Origin: the human T2T-CHM13v2.0 reference genome, Homo sapiens
Reading direction: 5' to 3' (one strand)
Assembly: GCF_009914755.1 (NCBI RefSeq)
Contig: NC_060939.1
DNA length: 64,000 nt
Numbering within the stretch: position 1 is the first letter of the stretch; each line of letters begins with the position of its first letter. A model generated the notes under the pieces. It ran no database searches. It was not told where the DNA came from and was given only the letters and a program-made list of their open reading frames with translations. A program made the translations under genes and the position numbers. Below, piece by piece: positions 24,991 through 38,556 of this stretch.

Positions 24991-26937
24991 GATGCCTGAG
25001 AGTGTGCACCTCTCTCCAGTTCTCTCTCTCTTCTTAATCTTTTTTACCCAAGGATTTATGGAAAATTCCAGGGTGGAGGTGGTGGCTGGGGAGGGAGACC
25101 CTTAGCTATAGTCTCATTGGCCTCAGAGCTGCTCTGGAGCCAGAGGGGACAACATTTCCCAGGCTCTAAGAGCTTCTCCTGAGAGAAAAGCATCAATCTG
25201 CTTGTCAAAGGGAAAATGGCCATTTGTCCTTGTCTGGAAGGACCCGAGGGCAGGGCTGGACCTGAGTAATCTCTGTCTCCTGGGCCCAGCACCAAGTAGG
25301 GTAAGTGACGGATGAGCTCAGGGGCTGGCAGGCTGTTCACCCTGGGGGCTGACACAGGCAGGCAGCCTGGTGGGGGTGGGCTGCAGCTTGGAAGAGGTGG
25401 GAGGGTCAGGAGAGGTGGGGGCTGAGGGAACTGGCCTGGTGGAGGTTGTGTTGGGGCTGCCTCCGTTGGCAGCTGGGGCAAGAGGCTGGGGATGATGGGT
25501 GAGCCTTGAGGGTGGGGTGGGGCCCCATTCCTTACTGATAGGCCGGGAGGAACATGGCACGCTCAGCATCTAGAGACACTCCCAGCCCTGACCCTACTTG
25601 TCAGGCCCTGCTGTCAGGAGGCCCTGGGTGGGGAAAGGGTCTGTTTGGGGGTTTCCCTGGGGAAGGGACAACTCTTCTCCATTTCCTCACCTTTCCCCTG
25701 CACTGTCTCCTAAGTGTTTTGGGCAATCCTTGCAGGTCTTCTCATCTGGGTGGGTGTCTGCTGTGTGACTGCCTGAGAAAACTGATGAACTTTGAGATCA
25801 GGCCCTTATCCTGGGATGTGACTCTGCCACTGACCTCTGACCAGAGGCTTCTCTCTCTGTGCCTCTATTTCCTTCTGTGCAGTGGATAGGGACCTTCCTG
25901 ATCTGCCCATCTATGATCCTAGGGCTGGTAAGGCCTTTCTGGGAGCAGGAGTGGGGACACCCCTATGCACACTCTTCCCCTCCTTTCCCTTTCTGTGATT
26001 TGCCCCACGAGAGTGAGGCTGCTGTGCCGGTGGGCCTTGCAGAAGAGTCCCTTCCTACTGGGATAGTCCAGGCTTCATGACACCCCAGAAGCGAGTGGGC
26101 AGGAACCTGTGGTTACCTAGATGATCCATCTGAGCTTGGTCCTACATCCGGGGGTGAGCGGGTAGAGGAGGGAGCCACATGCTAGGGCTCACATTGAGGG
26201 GATGAGGATGCCACAAGGGTGGGACTAGATGACGCCTTCCTCCTGGTACAAGTGACTCTTCAGCCGGTGAGGACAGCACATTGCACATGTTTATTTGGCC
26301 CGTTCGTCTAATGCTGACTGAACTCTTACTCTGGGCTAGAGACTCTCCTTTGGCCCAGAGAACCCAGACTATTTTCAATCTTTGAGGATCCTGGTATATC
26401 GAGAAATGAAGGTCCTGAATTGCTGCCCTTCTGTAGTTCTCTCCTTGTTGAATCCGGGCCAGTCTTGTGGCTTGCTTGGGCAACAGAATGCAGCAAAAGG
26501 GACATCGTGCAAGTTCTGAGGCACGATGGAGCCTTACAGCCTCTGCTTTCAGTCTCATGTTGCCCTAGGACTCCCTGTAAAGGAGCCCATGCTAACATCC
26601 TTGAATATAGGAAGCCCTGTGGAAAGAGAGTGAGGCCTAGCCCACTCTCAGCCATGTCAGTCATCCCAGCTGGGCCTAAGCAGGTGAGTGAGGCTGTCTT
26701 GGTTCCTCCACCTCCAGTTGAGGTACCAGCTGGCTGCAAGTGCAAGAGTGAGTCAGCTGAAACCATCTGTTGCAGAAACAAGTTGCTCAGTTGAGCACAG
26801 CCCAGATTGCTAATTTTAGGCTACTAAGTTTTGGAATAGTTGTTTTTTTTTTTTTTTCATGTAGCAGAGGCTAACTGAAATAGAAATTTGAAATAGGAGT
26901 AGAGGTGCTACTGTAGCAAAAATTTAAAACATATGGC

Positions 26938-27390
<453 letters not shown>

Positions 27391-27917
27391 TTATATAACA
27401 CAATTAGTGTTGTTTGGAGGATAGAAAATGCAGCTAATAAACCTGTGGATCTAGCTAAGGAGATTTCCACAGAGAATATTGAAAGTGCCTACTGGCTTCT
27501 TTTAGCAGCATAAGATAAGGTATCATAAGGGAGGGAAGAATTCAAGAAGGAGCCATTCAGTTTTCAAGCAAAATCTAGACGCAATATAGACAGTCTAGGA
27601 CAGTCTCTCCAGCAAAAGATACTCAAAATAAGAAATGGTCCCAGGGTAAAGAACGAATCAATATTGTGGCTGTAAGACTCTGTTTAGACCTCAGAAAGAT
27701 TTAAGCCAGTACCTCGTAGATCCTCTTAGCTAGACAAAGGAGCTTCTGAAACAATCTGGACACCAACCCAAAGTAGAAAGAGATGTAGCTCGGAAAGTAT
27801 TATAAATGTGGCTTTTGAAGCATGGAGTCGCTCCCACCCAGATTCATGGGAAATCCACACAAAAAAGAGAATTGTCTTGGGAAAAAAAATATACTAACTT
27901 GGATTAAAAGGTACAGA

Positions 27918-28233
27918 GGCTGAGTGTGGTGGTTCATGCTTCTAGTCCCAGCACTTTGGTAGGCTGGAGTGGGAGAATGGCCTGAGCTCAGGAGTTTGAG
28001 ACCAGCAGCCTGGGCAACATAGCGAGAACTTGTCTCTACTAAAATTTTTTTTTAAAAATTAGCCAGCTGTGGTTGCGTGCACCTGTAGTCCCAGTTACTT
28101 AGGAGGACGAGGTGGGAGGATTGCTTGAGCCCAGGAGTTCGAGGCTGCACTTAGCTATGATCACACCACTACACTCCAACACCCCAGCCTGGGTGACAGA
28201 GACAGACTCTGTCTCAAAAAATAAAAATAAAAA
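27918..28233 (+). mobile_element. AluJ
   Basis: Dimeric; ggaggattgcttgagcccaggagttcgaggctgca. Confidence 0.93.
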
Positions 28234-28549
28234 GACAGAAACAACAAAATGAAAAACGATCTCTAGGCTTCCAACTTTTTACAGGCAGAAAACAGAGATC
28301 CAGCTGTAAATAGGATCTATTCATTTTTGAAAAGGGAGATGTCTCAGATAGTGGAGCCCAGAGTATGAAGCCAAGAACCAAAGAGAACAATAGGTTAGGA
28401 AATCACTCCCAGGAAGCACAAAATAGGTCCTAGTCAAAGAAAACTCCTTGCCTTTAGAGTAGAGGGAACTGATAATATCTGCCCAGCTAGATTTCAAAAT
28501 CACTATGGAATAGTGACTACATGTACCTCCCACTTGCCTCTCCCCTTTG

Positions 28550-28859
28550 TTAAATTAATTAATTAATTAATTAATTTAGAGACAGGGTCTTGCTCTGTCA
28601 CCCAGGCTGGAGTGCAGTGGCTGGATCATAGCTCACTGCAGCCTTGAACTCTTGGGCTCAAGTGATCCTCCTAACTGGGACTATAGTCGCATGCCACCAT
28701 GACTGGATAATTTATTTTTTGTTGTTTTATTTTATTTTTTGGAGAGACAGTATCTTGCTATGTTGCCCAGGCTGATCTTGAACTCCTGGCCTCAAGTGAT
28801 CCTCCCACATCAGTCTTTCAAAATACTGGGATTGCAGGCATGAGTCACTGTGCCTAGCC
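28550..28859 (-). mobile_element. AluJ with a (TTAA)n tail and a short internal deletion
   Basis: ttaattaattaa...agagacagggtcttgctc; gatcctcctaactgggac lacks about 18 nt. Confidence 0.92.
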
Positions 28860-29034
28860 TACCCCCGCCTTTTAGATGGGGGTTTCTCTTGAGGGATATT
28901 CTATCCCCATCTTGGTATGGTATGTTAAGTGTGTCGAGGTCAAATAACTTTTTAATTCCTGAGTCTTTGGATCAACATAAGCTCTACCCACGGAACTACA
29001 CCTAAGGACCCCCATCAGTCTCTGCTTCTGTGGT

Positions 29035-30511
29035 TCCTTGATGTTCCCCTGCTTCTGTGCTATATGTAGGGAACAAGAATTGCTTCACAGGAGCCCTAAT
29101 ATCTTGGGTGACACTTTCTATAGGGGAAGCACAGGCAGCCCTGATGGGTTCCCCCAGTCATCTTTTCCTTTTTTGAAGGATAATACATGTTCACAGCTGA
29201 ATCACTCTATTGGCTGGTTTCCTGCCTATAGAATCCCAGAATAATGGCAGCTTTCTTTCATTTTTTCCTGTCTCTGTTCCATTTAGCCCAAGCTGGTAGT
29301 GTTGTTGGTGACATGACATTCTCAAAATCCTGGTGGGTCTCCTGTGTATATTAAGAGGATCCACTTCATTAGACACAGAGTTCTTTACAGATCCTTCCTC
29401 GGTAGCCCCATCTCTATTCCTGGCTCCTGCTGAGATGGTTGGTTGGATCCGTAATTTGTACATCTAACGGCACCAGAAGATTGCTCAGCCACACCCTTGG
29501 TGTTCCTCTAGAGCATGCCTTATCATCTTTTATAATATGGATGAGTTGAAAATATTCCAAATAATCAAGTTCTGGTTCCTTTTTGCTTAGTAGCTCCTTC
29601 TCAATTTATCTCTTTCCCCTTGCATTTTACTAAAAACAGCAAGGAGAAACCAGACTGCACCTTCCATATTTTGCTTGGAAATCTCTTCAGCTAGATATCC
29701 AAGTTACTTACCAGTTCTATTTTCCACCCAACACTAAAACACAACTCAGCCAAGTTCTTTGCCACTCTTTCCTCCAGTTTCCAATGATAGGCTCCTTATT
29801 TCAATCTCAGATATCACCAAAGATCTTTAATGTTCATATTTCAACTGATATTTTTTCATGACAATATACATTTTCTCTAAGATGATAGGTGCTTTCTCTG
29901 CTGTGCTCTTCCTTCTGAGTCCTCACCAGAGTATACTTTAATGCCTATATTTGTACTGATAATCTCTTTCGACAGTCTAGGCTTAAAATTCCTCCAGCCT
30001 CTACCCATCACCCAATTCCAAAGCCCTTACATATTTTAGGCAGCACCACTTCTTGGTACCAAAATCTGTATCCGTTGTCTAGAGCTGTTGTAACAAGTTA
30101 CCACCAACTAGGTGGCTTAGACCAATAGAAGTTTATCATCTCACAGTTCAGGAGGCCAGAAGTCCCAGATTAAGCTGTCAGCAGAGTTGGATCCTTCTGG
30201 AGGTTGTGAGGGAGGACACGTTCCATGCGTCTCCCTGGCTTCTGGTGGTCCCTGGCAACCTTTGGCATTTCATGTCTTGTAGTTGCCTCACTCCAATATC
30301 TGTCTCCATCTTTACATGACTATCTTCCCCATGTTTGTCCTCTGTGTCACTTTATGGCCTTCTTAGAAGGATACCAGAAGGTCCACCCTAAACCAATATA
30401 ATGTCATTTTAGCAAATTACATTTGCAAAGACCTTATTTCCGAATAAGGTCACATTCTGAGGTCCTGGGGTTGACATGCATTTTGGGGGGCACACTATTC
30501 AACCCTGTACA
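29035..30511 (-). mobile_element. MaLR provirus fragment: MLT1B/C-like LTR (30067-30511) plus internal sequence
   Basis: cttggtaccaaaatc|tgta is the internal/LTR junction; gcaaagaccttatttccgaataaggtcacattctgagg. Confidence 0.8.
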
Positions 30512-30689
30512 AATATTCATTAATTTCTTAACTCCTACAACCCTCTGAAGAATACTTGCATAGATGCGTGAGAGAGGAATGAATTTATTTCAGAAGAGAC
30601 TGTAGGAAATACCTGGTCCCATGTTTGGTCCAAGGCTGTGATACCCTCCATAGTATTCATTGTGATCTTTCTTCTCTTCCTGGACTTTT

Positions 30690-30994
30690 TCAGTGCAGTG
30701 TTCCCGGGTTATCCCAACTAAAAATTCAACCCATCTTGTACCCTGATTGGGATTGACACTAAGTCCCTTGTCCTTGCTTTATTTTCTTTCTAGCATTTAT
30801 CACTATTAACAAAACTTATATTTTACTTATTTCTTTTGTTCATTGTTTGCCTTCCCCACTGGGATAGCCTCTGTGAGGGCAAAGATTTTTGTTCATGTAT
30901 CCACTTCTATATTCTCAGCACTCAGAACAGTGTCTGGTGCATAGTAGGTGCTCAATAAAAAGTTGTCATATAACTGAATGCATGCGTGAATGAA
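30690..30994 (+). mobile_element. L2a 3' end
   Basis: agaacagtgtctggtgcatagtaggtgctcaataaa...tgaatgaa. Confidence 0.8.
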
Positions 30995-32069
30995 AGGACT
31001 CCTGGAAACTGGGCATCTAGCTGTTGTGGACAGGGAGCCCGTTCTTTCACTGGGCAAATTTTGCCATTTTTAGTCATGTAGTGAATCCTTAGAAGAGGCA
31101 GGGCCAGGCCTCCAGAGTCCTTGCTTTGAGCCTCATGGGTCTGTTGGACAGTTTCAGAATCTTAGGAAATAATTGGGGTGGTTGGTTGGCTGGAGGAGAA
31201 AATGAAATAAGAGTTGGGATTCTCTGGGGCTGCCACTGACCCACTGGGTCATCTTGACAACTTTGTTCTGTCTCTCCTGGCCCCTGGCTCCCTGACCTCA
31301 GCCTCCTTCACTTGGCTATCTGGAAAGCAGTTACTTTCTCTCCTGGCCCCCCGTTTTCTCTCTTTGGCATGTGGGAATTAAAGACAAAAGGTCTCAAAAT
31401 CACTTTGAACTCCATGGAGGGTGCCAAATAATCTGAGGACATTATTAGTATAAGACAATTCCTTTGAAAATGGAAATTGCGTATCACACAATCTCTCAAA
31501 CACAGGGTGGAATTAATGAGCAATTTGCTCAAGATTCACAACTTCAAAATGATCTTCCAGGTGGCCAAAGGAAATTCACATTTACACTTCAATCAGAAAT
31601 TTTTTTGTAGAATGTAAGGGGGGAGGGTTTAATTTTCTGAGATCACAAATGCCTATCCCCATCCCAAGGAGAAGAGAGCCCGTGATAAAGACCGCCCTGG
31701 TATCTGTGAACTCTCCAGCTAATTAGAAAAGTGAATCTAATTTCATGGATTTCAGCTCCTATTAATTTATCCTAAGCTTGTTGGTAATGAAGCCATGTGT
31801 TTGTTTCTTAAGAAGGAAACATCAGAGAGGAAGAGAATGGGTGTGAGGCTGTGCTGTTTATTCCCTTACCTTCAATCTATTAATTGAGGAAATAACATAT
31901 GATTTAATATATATTACAATGTCATCAACACAGCACTTGCTTTAGCTACTGATGGAGCCCTGTGTGGTTATCTCACATAGGCTTACAGTGCCTGCCACAG
32001 CTAAGAAAGAAGGAATAACTGACAGGGAAGTGACCAACAGGGTCTGCTACCTTCCTAATTTCTACTGCT

Positions 32070-32250
32070 TCATTCTATCCTGTAATATTCAGCAAACATC
32101 TATTGAACACCTTCCATGTTCCAGGCAAGCTAGGCTTGAACAAGACTGATAGGGATTTTAGAACCTATGTACGACCATCTTAAACACATAATTATTCCAA
32201 ATGATTATTTACAATTGTGATAAGGACTTTGAAAAAGAAGTAGTGTGTTT
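32070..32250 (-). mobile_element. L2 3' fragment
   Basis: attcagcaaacatctattgaacaccttccatgttccaggca. Confidence 0.55.
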
Positions 32251-32871
32251 TGTACTTCCCCTTTCCACATAGATATCTTGTTAGCCAGCTAGAGAGGAAA
32301 CTTAAGACATCAGAGACTGGCCTGAGCTGTCTTTCATAAATCCTCTGTAATCATTACAAGACAAAGCTCACCTTGGTACCTAGATATTATGTAGAGTATT
32401 AACTGCTCAGAGTTTAGCAGTAGAGATTAGTAAAAGTAAGTAAATGTTCAAATAAGTGTAAAATTCTGAAACAGACTAGTATCAACAGTATCTGGACAAA
32501 CTTGGCACTAAACAAAGCAAACTGGAGGCTCTGGCCTCTGAGATGAGAAAGTTCGTCCCCAGATACAACACAGAGACTGACAAGAGTAGACAACAGAGTC
32601 TAGCTCAAGACAGAAGTGTTAAATTCTAGTGCCATGGCCAACATTAGCCCCTTGTTTCAGGAGATTTACATGTAAGATTTTCTCAACATCAGCCATGGTT
32701 AGAACTGTAGTCCCGAGGGAAACCAGCCATTCATTTCAGGGAAATGTGGGTGTTGACAAGGGAACCCTTGCAGGAGTGTTCTACAGGTGGTCTCCATCCT
32801 GCCCAGTAAGACTTGGCTATGGGAGTGAGCTGTGTGAGGGGGGCCAGGCAAACAGCGATGAGATCCCTTTA

Positions 32872-33510
32872 TGTGGAAAATTATATTTTCCCAAAGTGGC
32901 CACAATCTGTTTCCTGTTTTTTGAGAACTTGCTACTGCTCCATCAAGATGTGGATTCTGTGTCTCCTCTCCTTGAAGCCGGGTGGCCCTTTGTGACTGCC
33001 TTGATGAATTAAATGTGGTGCAAGTGATGCTGCATGACTTTGAGGCTAGGTCATGAAAGGAGATGTGACATCTGTCCCACTTGCATATTCATATTCTCTC
33101 TCTCTTTCTCTCTCTCTCAGTGCTTGCCCTTGGAACCTAATCTCCATAGTGTGAGGAAGTTCAGGCCATGGAAAGACTACAGGAGACATGAGGGGAAGTC
33201 TGCAGGGGGACTTTTGAGAAACGTTTCCTCACTTCTAATAAATAGCTCAGGAAAATATGGTTTCTCTTCTTTGTCCAGCTGTGATGCCTGGGAACTTCTG
33301 TGGCAACCTTGCTTCCAGCCAATACACAGAGTGGGGCAACTCTCAGAAAACCATTGAGAAGAGAGTCAGAGTGCTGAAGTACCGTGTCTGGAATCCTGTC
33401 TTCCCAACTCCGTGTTTCCTGATCTATCAGGTAATAAACCCTCTTACATGCTAAGATACTTTGAGTTGAGGCGTTCTGTCACTTGTAGCTGAAGTAACAT
33501 TCTCCCTGAT
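32872..33510 (+). mobile_element. MaLR LTR pieces (MLT1G/H-like 5' part, MLT1J-like 3' part)
   Basis: ccatcaagatgtggattctgtgtctcctctccttgaa; ttctgtcacttgtagctgaa. Confidence 0.6.
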
Positions 33511-33859
33511 TTGGAATCTGCTCCCTGAGGGCTTTGGTCAGTTCCTGCCCTCTATGTGTGTTCTGGGGACCTGGGCTCTCCCACAGGAGTCATTAGGCTG
33601 CAGAGAGCCCCCCAGAGCTGTGCTTTGGGAGTCAGAACAGAGACTTCTGGAGTTGGATCCATTTTCTAGGAGTGTTCATGATTTCAGCAGAACCTGTTTT
33701 ATTACTTCTTCTAGGGTTACATGTGTGAGCTGAGCCTTTGTACTTTAGAGATCATTTCCTGAGAATGAGAAGTGGAGAAGGGGGCAGGGAGTCATCCTTT
33801 ATTTGTTATAGTCCCAGAGACAGGTGACATGAGAGACTTTCCTTGGTGGCAGAGGATGA

Positions 33860-34020
33860 AGGAGGAGGGCATGAACTGTGGAGTCAGATCCAGGATTGAA
33901 CCTTGACACCTTCCTTGCAGGCTGTGTGACCTTAGGATGGTCACTTCACCTTTCTAGTTCTCAGTGATCACATCTTAAAGTGGAAGTACTAGTCCTATTT
34001 CAGAGGATGCAATTGGAGGT
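33860..34020 (+). mobile_element. MIR
   Basis: tggagtcaga...ggctgtgtgaccttaggatggtcacttcacc. Confidence 0.55.
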
Positions 34021-34415
34021 TTACAGCCTGTTATCTGATCTGCAACTATGTTTAGTCAGCTGACTGAGTGGTTTTTTTTGAAAAAATTGAGTTTATTCAC
34101 GGGTGTTTACAAATATAAAAACTTACCAACTTGTAAACTTCAAATATCTGGAGTGTGTTGTATGTCAGTTATACCTCAATGAAGCTGTTAAAAGTTGAAT
34201 TTGTTGTTTACAATCAGGAACGCTGGAATGTTGGTTTCTTTGGGGGAAAAGAGGGGAAATATTTGGCAATGCTGAGCCCACCTTTTTGTGAGGTTGCAGA
34301 GGGCTACCTCCTTCAGACAAGGCATCCCTGCTTCAGTTTGCCATGGTCCCACCAGCACCTCTTGCTCAGAGTGAGTTTTGCTGCTGGCCCTCTGGATTTG
34401 AGTTTGTGACCTCTG
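34020..34415. mobile_element. hAT-Charlie relic (MER102-like) with a small L1 3' fragment at about 34090-34195
   Basis: Ends atttgagtttgtgacctctg; L1 motif ttgtatgtcagttatacctcaatgaagctg. Confidence 0.45.
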
Positions 34416-34439
34416 ACCTACCTCATGTATTTATATGTA

Positions 34440-34615
34440 AGCCTGGATACTCAGAGAGTGGTCTGTAGACCAGCTGCATCCTGAGAGCTTGTTAGCAGTA
34501 CAGAATCTCAGGCCTCACCCCAGGCCTCCTGAATCAAAATTGCCTTTAAACAAGATCCTTGCACATTCCTTGTGATCCTTGTGATTCTTTGCACCTTCAA
34601 ATTTAAAAAGCACTG
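34440..34615. mobile_element. MER5A-like
   Basis: gagcttgttagcagtacagaatctcaggcctcaccccagg...ctgaatcaaaa. Confidence 0.7.
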
Positions 34616-35162
34616 CCTCTGATGATCAGAAATCATGTCTAAAAGTCATCTGGCCCAGAGTAGGCACCCACTAAGGGTAAACTCTTGCTGTGTCATTTAA
34701 TCCACAGGGCAGTTCATTGTTCAGAGGAGCTCACACTTAAACTGTACTCAGTGATTCTCCTGGATCTCACAGCCAATAGGGGGCAGAGCTGGGATTCAAA
34801 CACAGGGCTGTGACAGAGATTTATGCTCTTCCCTCTCTACCACCTGCCCCCCTAAGAAGAGAAAGAAAGCATATGCAGAGGGAGAAGCCATAGAAATCAC
34901 CTAGGAGACCCAAGCTTATCTCTGGGGATAAGATCAGCCCTGTAGAGCAGGTGGCAGGCTCTCCCCAGGGCTACCTGAAGTTTCACTCCTTTCTCTCAGG
35001 GCATGGCCCAGAGCTTGGTGCAGAGTACAGTCTCAATGAGGAAGGGGGAAAGGGAGGAGATAAGGGAGGAGGGGGAAGAGGAGCAGGGGAGGAAGGAGGG
35101 ATGATATCAAACAGGCATGTCTTCAGTTACCTGCCCAGCCCCATGCCCTGGGTGAAAGATAG

Positions 35163-35532
35163 TGCATTAGTCCATGTTCACACTACTATAAAGATACTAC
35201 CTGAGACTGGATAATTTATAAAGAAAAGAGGTTTAATTGACTCACAGTTCTGCATGGCTGGGGAGGCCTCAGGAAACTTACAATCATGGTGGAAAGCAAA
35301 GGGGAAGCAGGCACTTTCTTTACAAGGTGGCAGGAGAGAGAGCACGTGGAGGACATGCCACGCTTGTAAACCATGGGATCTCATAAGAGCTCCCTCACCA
35401 TCGCAAGAACAGCATGGGGGAAACCGTGTCCATGATCCTGTCACTTCCCACCAGATCCCTCCCTCAACATATGGGGATTACAATTCAAGATGAGATTTGG
35501 ATGGGGCCACAGAGCCAGGCCATACCATATCA
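35163..35532 (-). mobile_element. THE1D/MST-type solo LTR
   Basis: tgcattagtcc...aaagaaaagaggtttaattgactcacagttc...ccatatca; TSD gatag/gatgg. Confidence 0.9.
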
Positions 35533-35840
35533 GATGGTTTATCCATTAGGACTTGCATTCAGTCAAGAGATGGAATTTAAACCTGTAAGTATTTATTATT
35601 TTTTTAACCCCACACAACAAGAGTGATAAGTAGTGGTAGTGTTTTAGTGGTTCAAAGATTTGGATCCGCAGTCTCTGTTTCTCTTGGCCATTTCCTCATG
35701 GTCACAAGATGGCTGCTGCAGCCCCACTTATCAGGACGTGGGCAGGAAGAGAGGAAAGCAAGTCTTTCTTAGAAACCTTTTAATGTATGTATGTCTTATT
35801 GGCCAGAGGTAGGCTAGAAAATATAATGTTTAATTTAGCC

Positions 35841-36146
35841 TTTTTTTTTTTTTTTGAGACAGAGTCTTGTTCTGTCACCCAGGCTGGGGTACAATGGTGC
35901 AATCTCTGCTCACTGCAACCTCCACCACCTCCTGGGTTCAAGCAATTCTCCTACCTCAGCCTCCCAAGTAGCTTGGATTACAGGTGCGCACAACCACGCC
36001 TGGTTAATTTTTTTTTTTTTTTTTTTAGTAGAGACAGGTTTTCACCATGTTGGCCGGGCTGGTCTTGAACTCTTGACCTCAAGTGATCTGCCCGCCTCAG
36101 CCTACCAAAGTGCTGGGATTACAGGCATGAGCCACTGCGCTTGACC
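35841..36146 (-). mobile_element. AluS
   Basis: Full antisense Alu; TSD tgtttaatttag. Confidence 0.95.
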
Positions 36147-37004
36147 TGTTTAATTTAGTTTTGTCTTTAGCTGGGACTCTTTGTTCTGTTGATCCCTTTC
36201 TCCACCCCCACCTTCCTGACAAATGAGGTTTATACTAACAAGAAAGGAGGACACGGTTATTGAGTAGACATCTGGCAATGTCTGCCACGAATGGGAACAT
36301 AGGACCTAATTCCTGATTCCTTGTTGACCTGGAGTAGTTCTCCCTAGTCTGGAGGTAGCTTGCGCACTCTCTTGGGCTCAGCTTTGCTCTGGGAATGAGA
36401 AGCTGTGCCTCCTTTTGTCCCTCCCAATGCTGTGGCCCAGCAAGGCCTTTGGAGAGAATCCATGTGTCTGGGGACAGCTGGACCACAGCCTCCCCACCCT
36501 GGCTGCACACCTGTTGGAAGCTATATTTAGAGCAGTAAGTCTAAATCTTGGGGCAAGGAGAAGAGAGAAGCCAAAGGGGCAAGAAAAAAATGAAAGATGC
36601 AGCCCAGAAAAATGGGATGTTATTCCCTGTTGTGCACAGCCACAGCCTACTCTGGGCTGGTTCTTAAGAAGAAGGAAGGAATAGCTGTGGGCACTTGTGG
36701 GGGCCAGGCTGGAATTAGGAAAACCGCTGTTCACAGGATTTGGAGAGTTATAAACTCTGCCTGCGCTGGCATGAAGGTCTGTCCTGAAAAGTCCTAAAAC
36801 CCCTTCTAGAATTGTAGAACTGGGGCCCCTGAACCTTTTGACTGTGGCACTCACAGGCAGGGTATAAGACTTCGTGCTCTCCCCTCCCCTCAAATTTCCA
36901 CTCAGGAAAAAACTCAAGGATTATAAAGAATGGAAAGAAATAAAACAGATTGAATTTGCCGTGCTGCTAGCAATACATAAATGATTCACTTAGTAGTTAC
37001 TTTA

Positions 37005-37316
<312 letters not shown>

Positions 37317-38089
37317 AGAATATGAACATACTAAAGGATTTTTGTACTATAAAACAATTTCCTAAAAACTTAAAAATAACTCTCAATAGTTTTGTTTTAC
37401 TTATGAAAGTAGCTGATATTTGCTAACAGCCCATCATAGGGATATGAGTGATTAAGGGTTGAACATCAAACTTAGACGGCCTTGATGAAATACAGGAAAA
37501 TTGCAGGTTAAATATTATCGCTGCCAATCTGGATTATTGTAGACTGTGAAGTAAACCTAGCAACCCACTAAAAGGTGAATGGTCACATTAAAGCTAAACT
37601 AAAAGAAGCTTTTATAATAAAAATAGCAAGGCCATCAGTAACGAAACAAAAACCACAGCCAGTGGGCAACACTGATGAAGTCGTAGCCATGAGCCCTTCC
37701 GGAAAGTTGTGAAATTCTAACCATTTGCAAGTGTGCTTGCAGGGTAGGAGCTTGACAGTGTTGCCAAGTGTTGTGTGGCAGCCAGGTTTTTTAGCAAAGG
37801 ACACAGTCAGAGTCCTAGGTAATTTTAGTTTATGGATAGTACATTTTAGTAACTTTTCATGACTCACTTATTACGTTACTAGTAAGTAACCCTTCTAAGC
37901 CAAAAGTATGAGAGTCTATAGAAGCAGGAGTCACTTGCCTGTAAGAAGTGAAGAAGAGACATGAGGGGTCACTGTGACCCACTGTGGGAGCTCCTGTGGC
38001 CTGGCAGGGAGCTGCAGACCACATGTGGGAACTCTGCTTTGAGAAGTAGGTCGGCTACTGGAGGCTTTTCTCCTGCAGTGATCTCTGTC

Positions 38090-38390
38090 TGTATGGTGCA
38101 GCATTATCAAAAACTTTCTCCCTACTGGATTATTTCCATTCGCACACACACAGGCTGTAATTACTCCTATCTTAAAACTTAACTTGCTGGACACCCTATC
38201 CCCCCCACCTCCCCAGTTACTACCGCAATTCTCTCCTTGCTGCTGGAACAAAAATTCTCAAAAGAGTTGTCTATATTCAGTATCCCCAATTCTTCTCTCA
38301 TTCTATCTTGAACTATTCCAGAGGGTTTTTGTCCCCAGAGTCCCACCGAAACAGCCTTTGTCAAGGTTGCCACTGACTTCCATGACAGAT
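38090..38390 (+). mobile_element. L2 RT fragment
   Basis: cccaccgaaacagcctttgtcaaggttgccactgac reads PTETAFVKVATD, like L2 STETALVKVTND. Confidence 0.7.
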
Positions 38391-38399
38391 GCCCCTCTC

Positions 38400-38521
38400 A
38401 TCCTGTCAGCGTCAGCAGCTCATCCCTGATTGCCTGGGACATTTCCAGGCTTTAAAATGGAAAGTCTTGTGTTCCAGGAACCACCACAGTCCTGGGCAAA
38501 TCCAGACTGGAGGTCGCCTAG
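38400..38521. mobile_element. MER94-like hAT-Blackjack MITE
   Basis: Imperfect inverted termini: catccctgattgcctgggac ... gtcctgggcaaatccagactgg. Confidence 0.55.
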
Positions 38522-38556
38522 ATTAATGACCTCCACATTGCTGGATCCAGTGATAA

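Noticed and set aside
24197-25105. Cys/Val/His-rich ORFs resembling metallothionein or keratin-associated proteins
   Set aside because: Translation artefact of the TG repeat; open in nearly all frames
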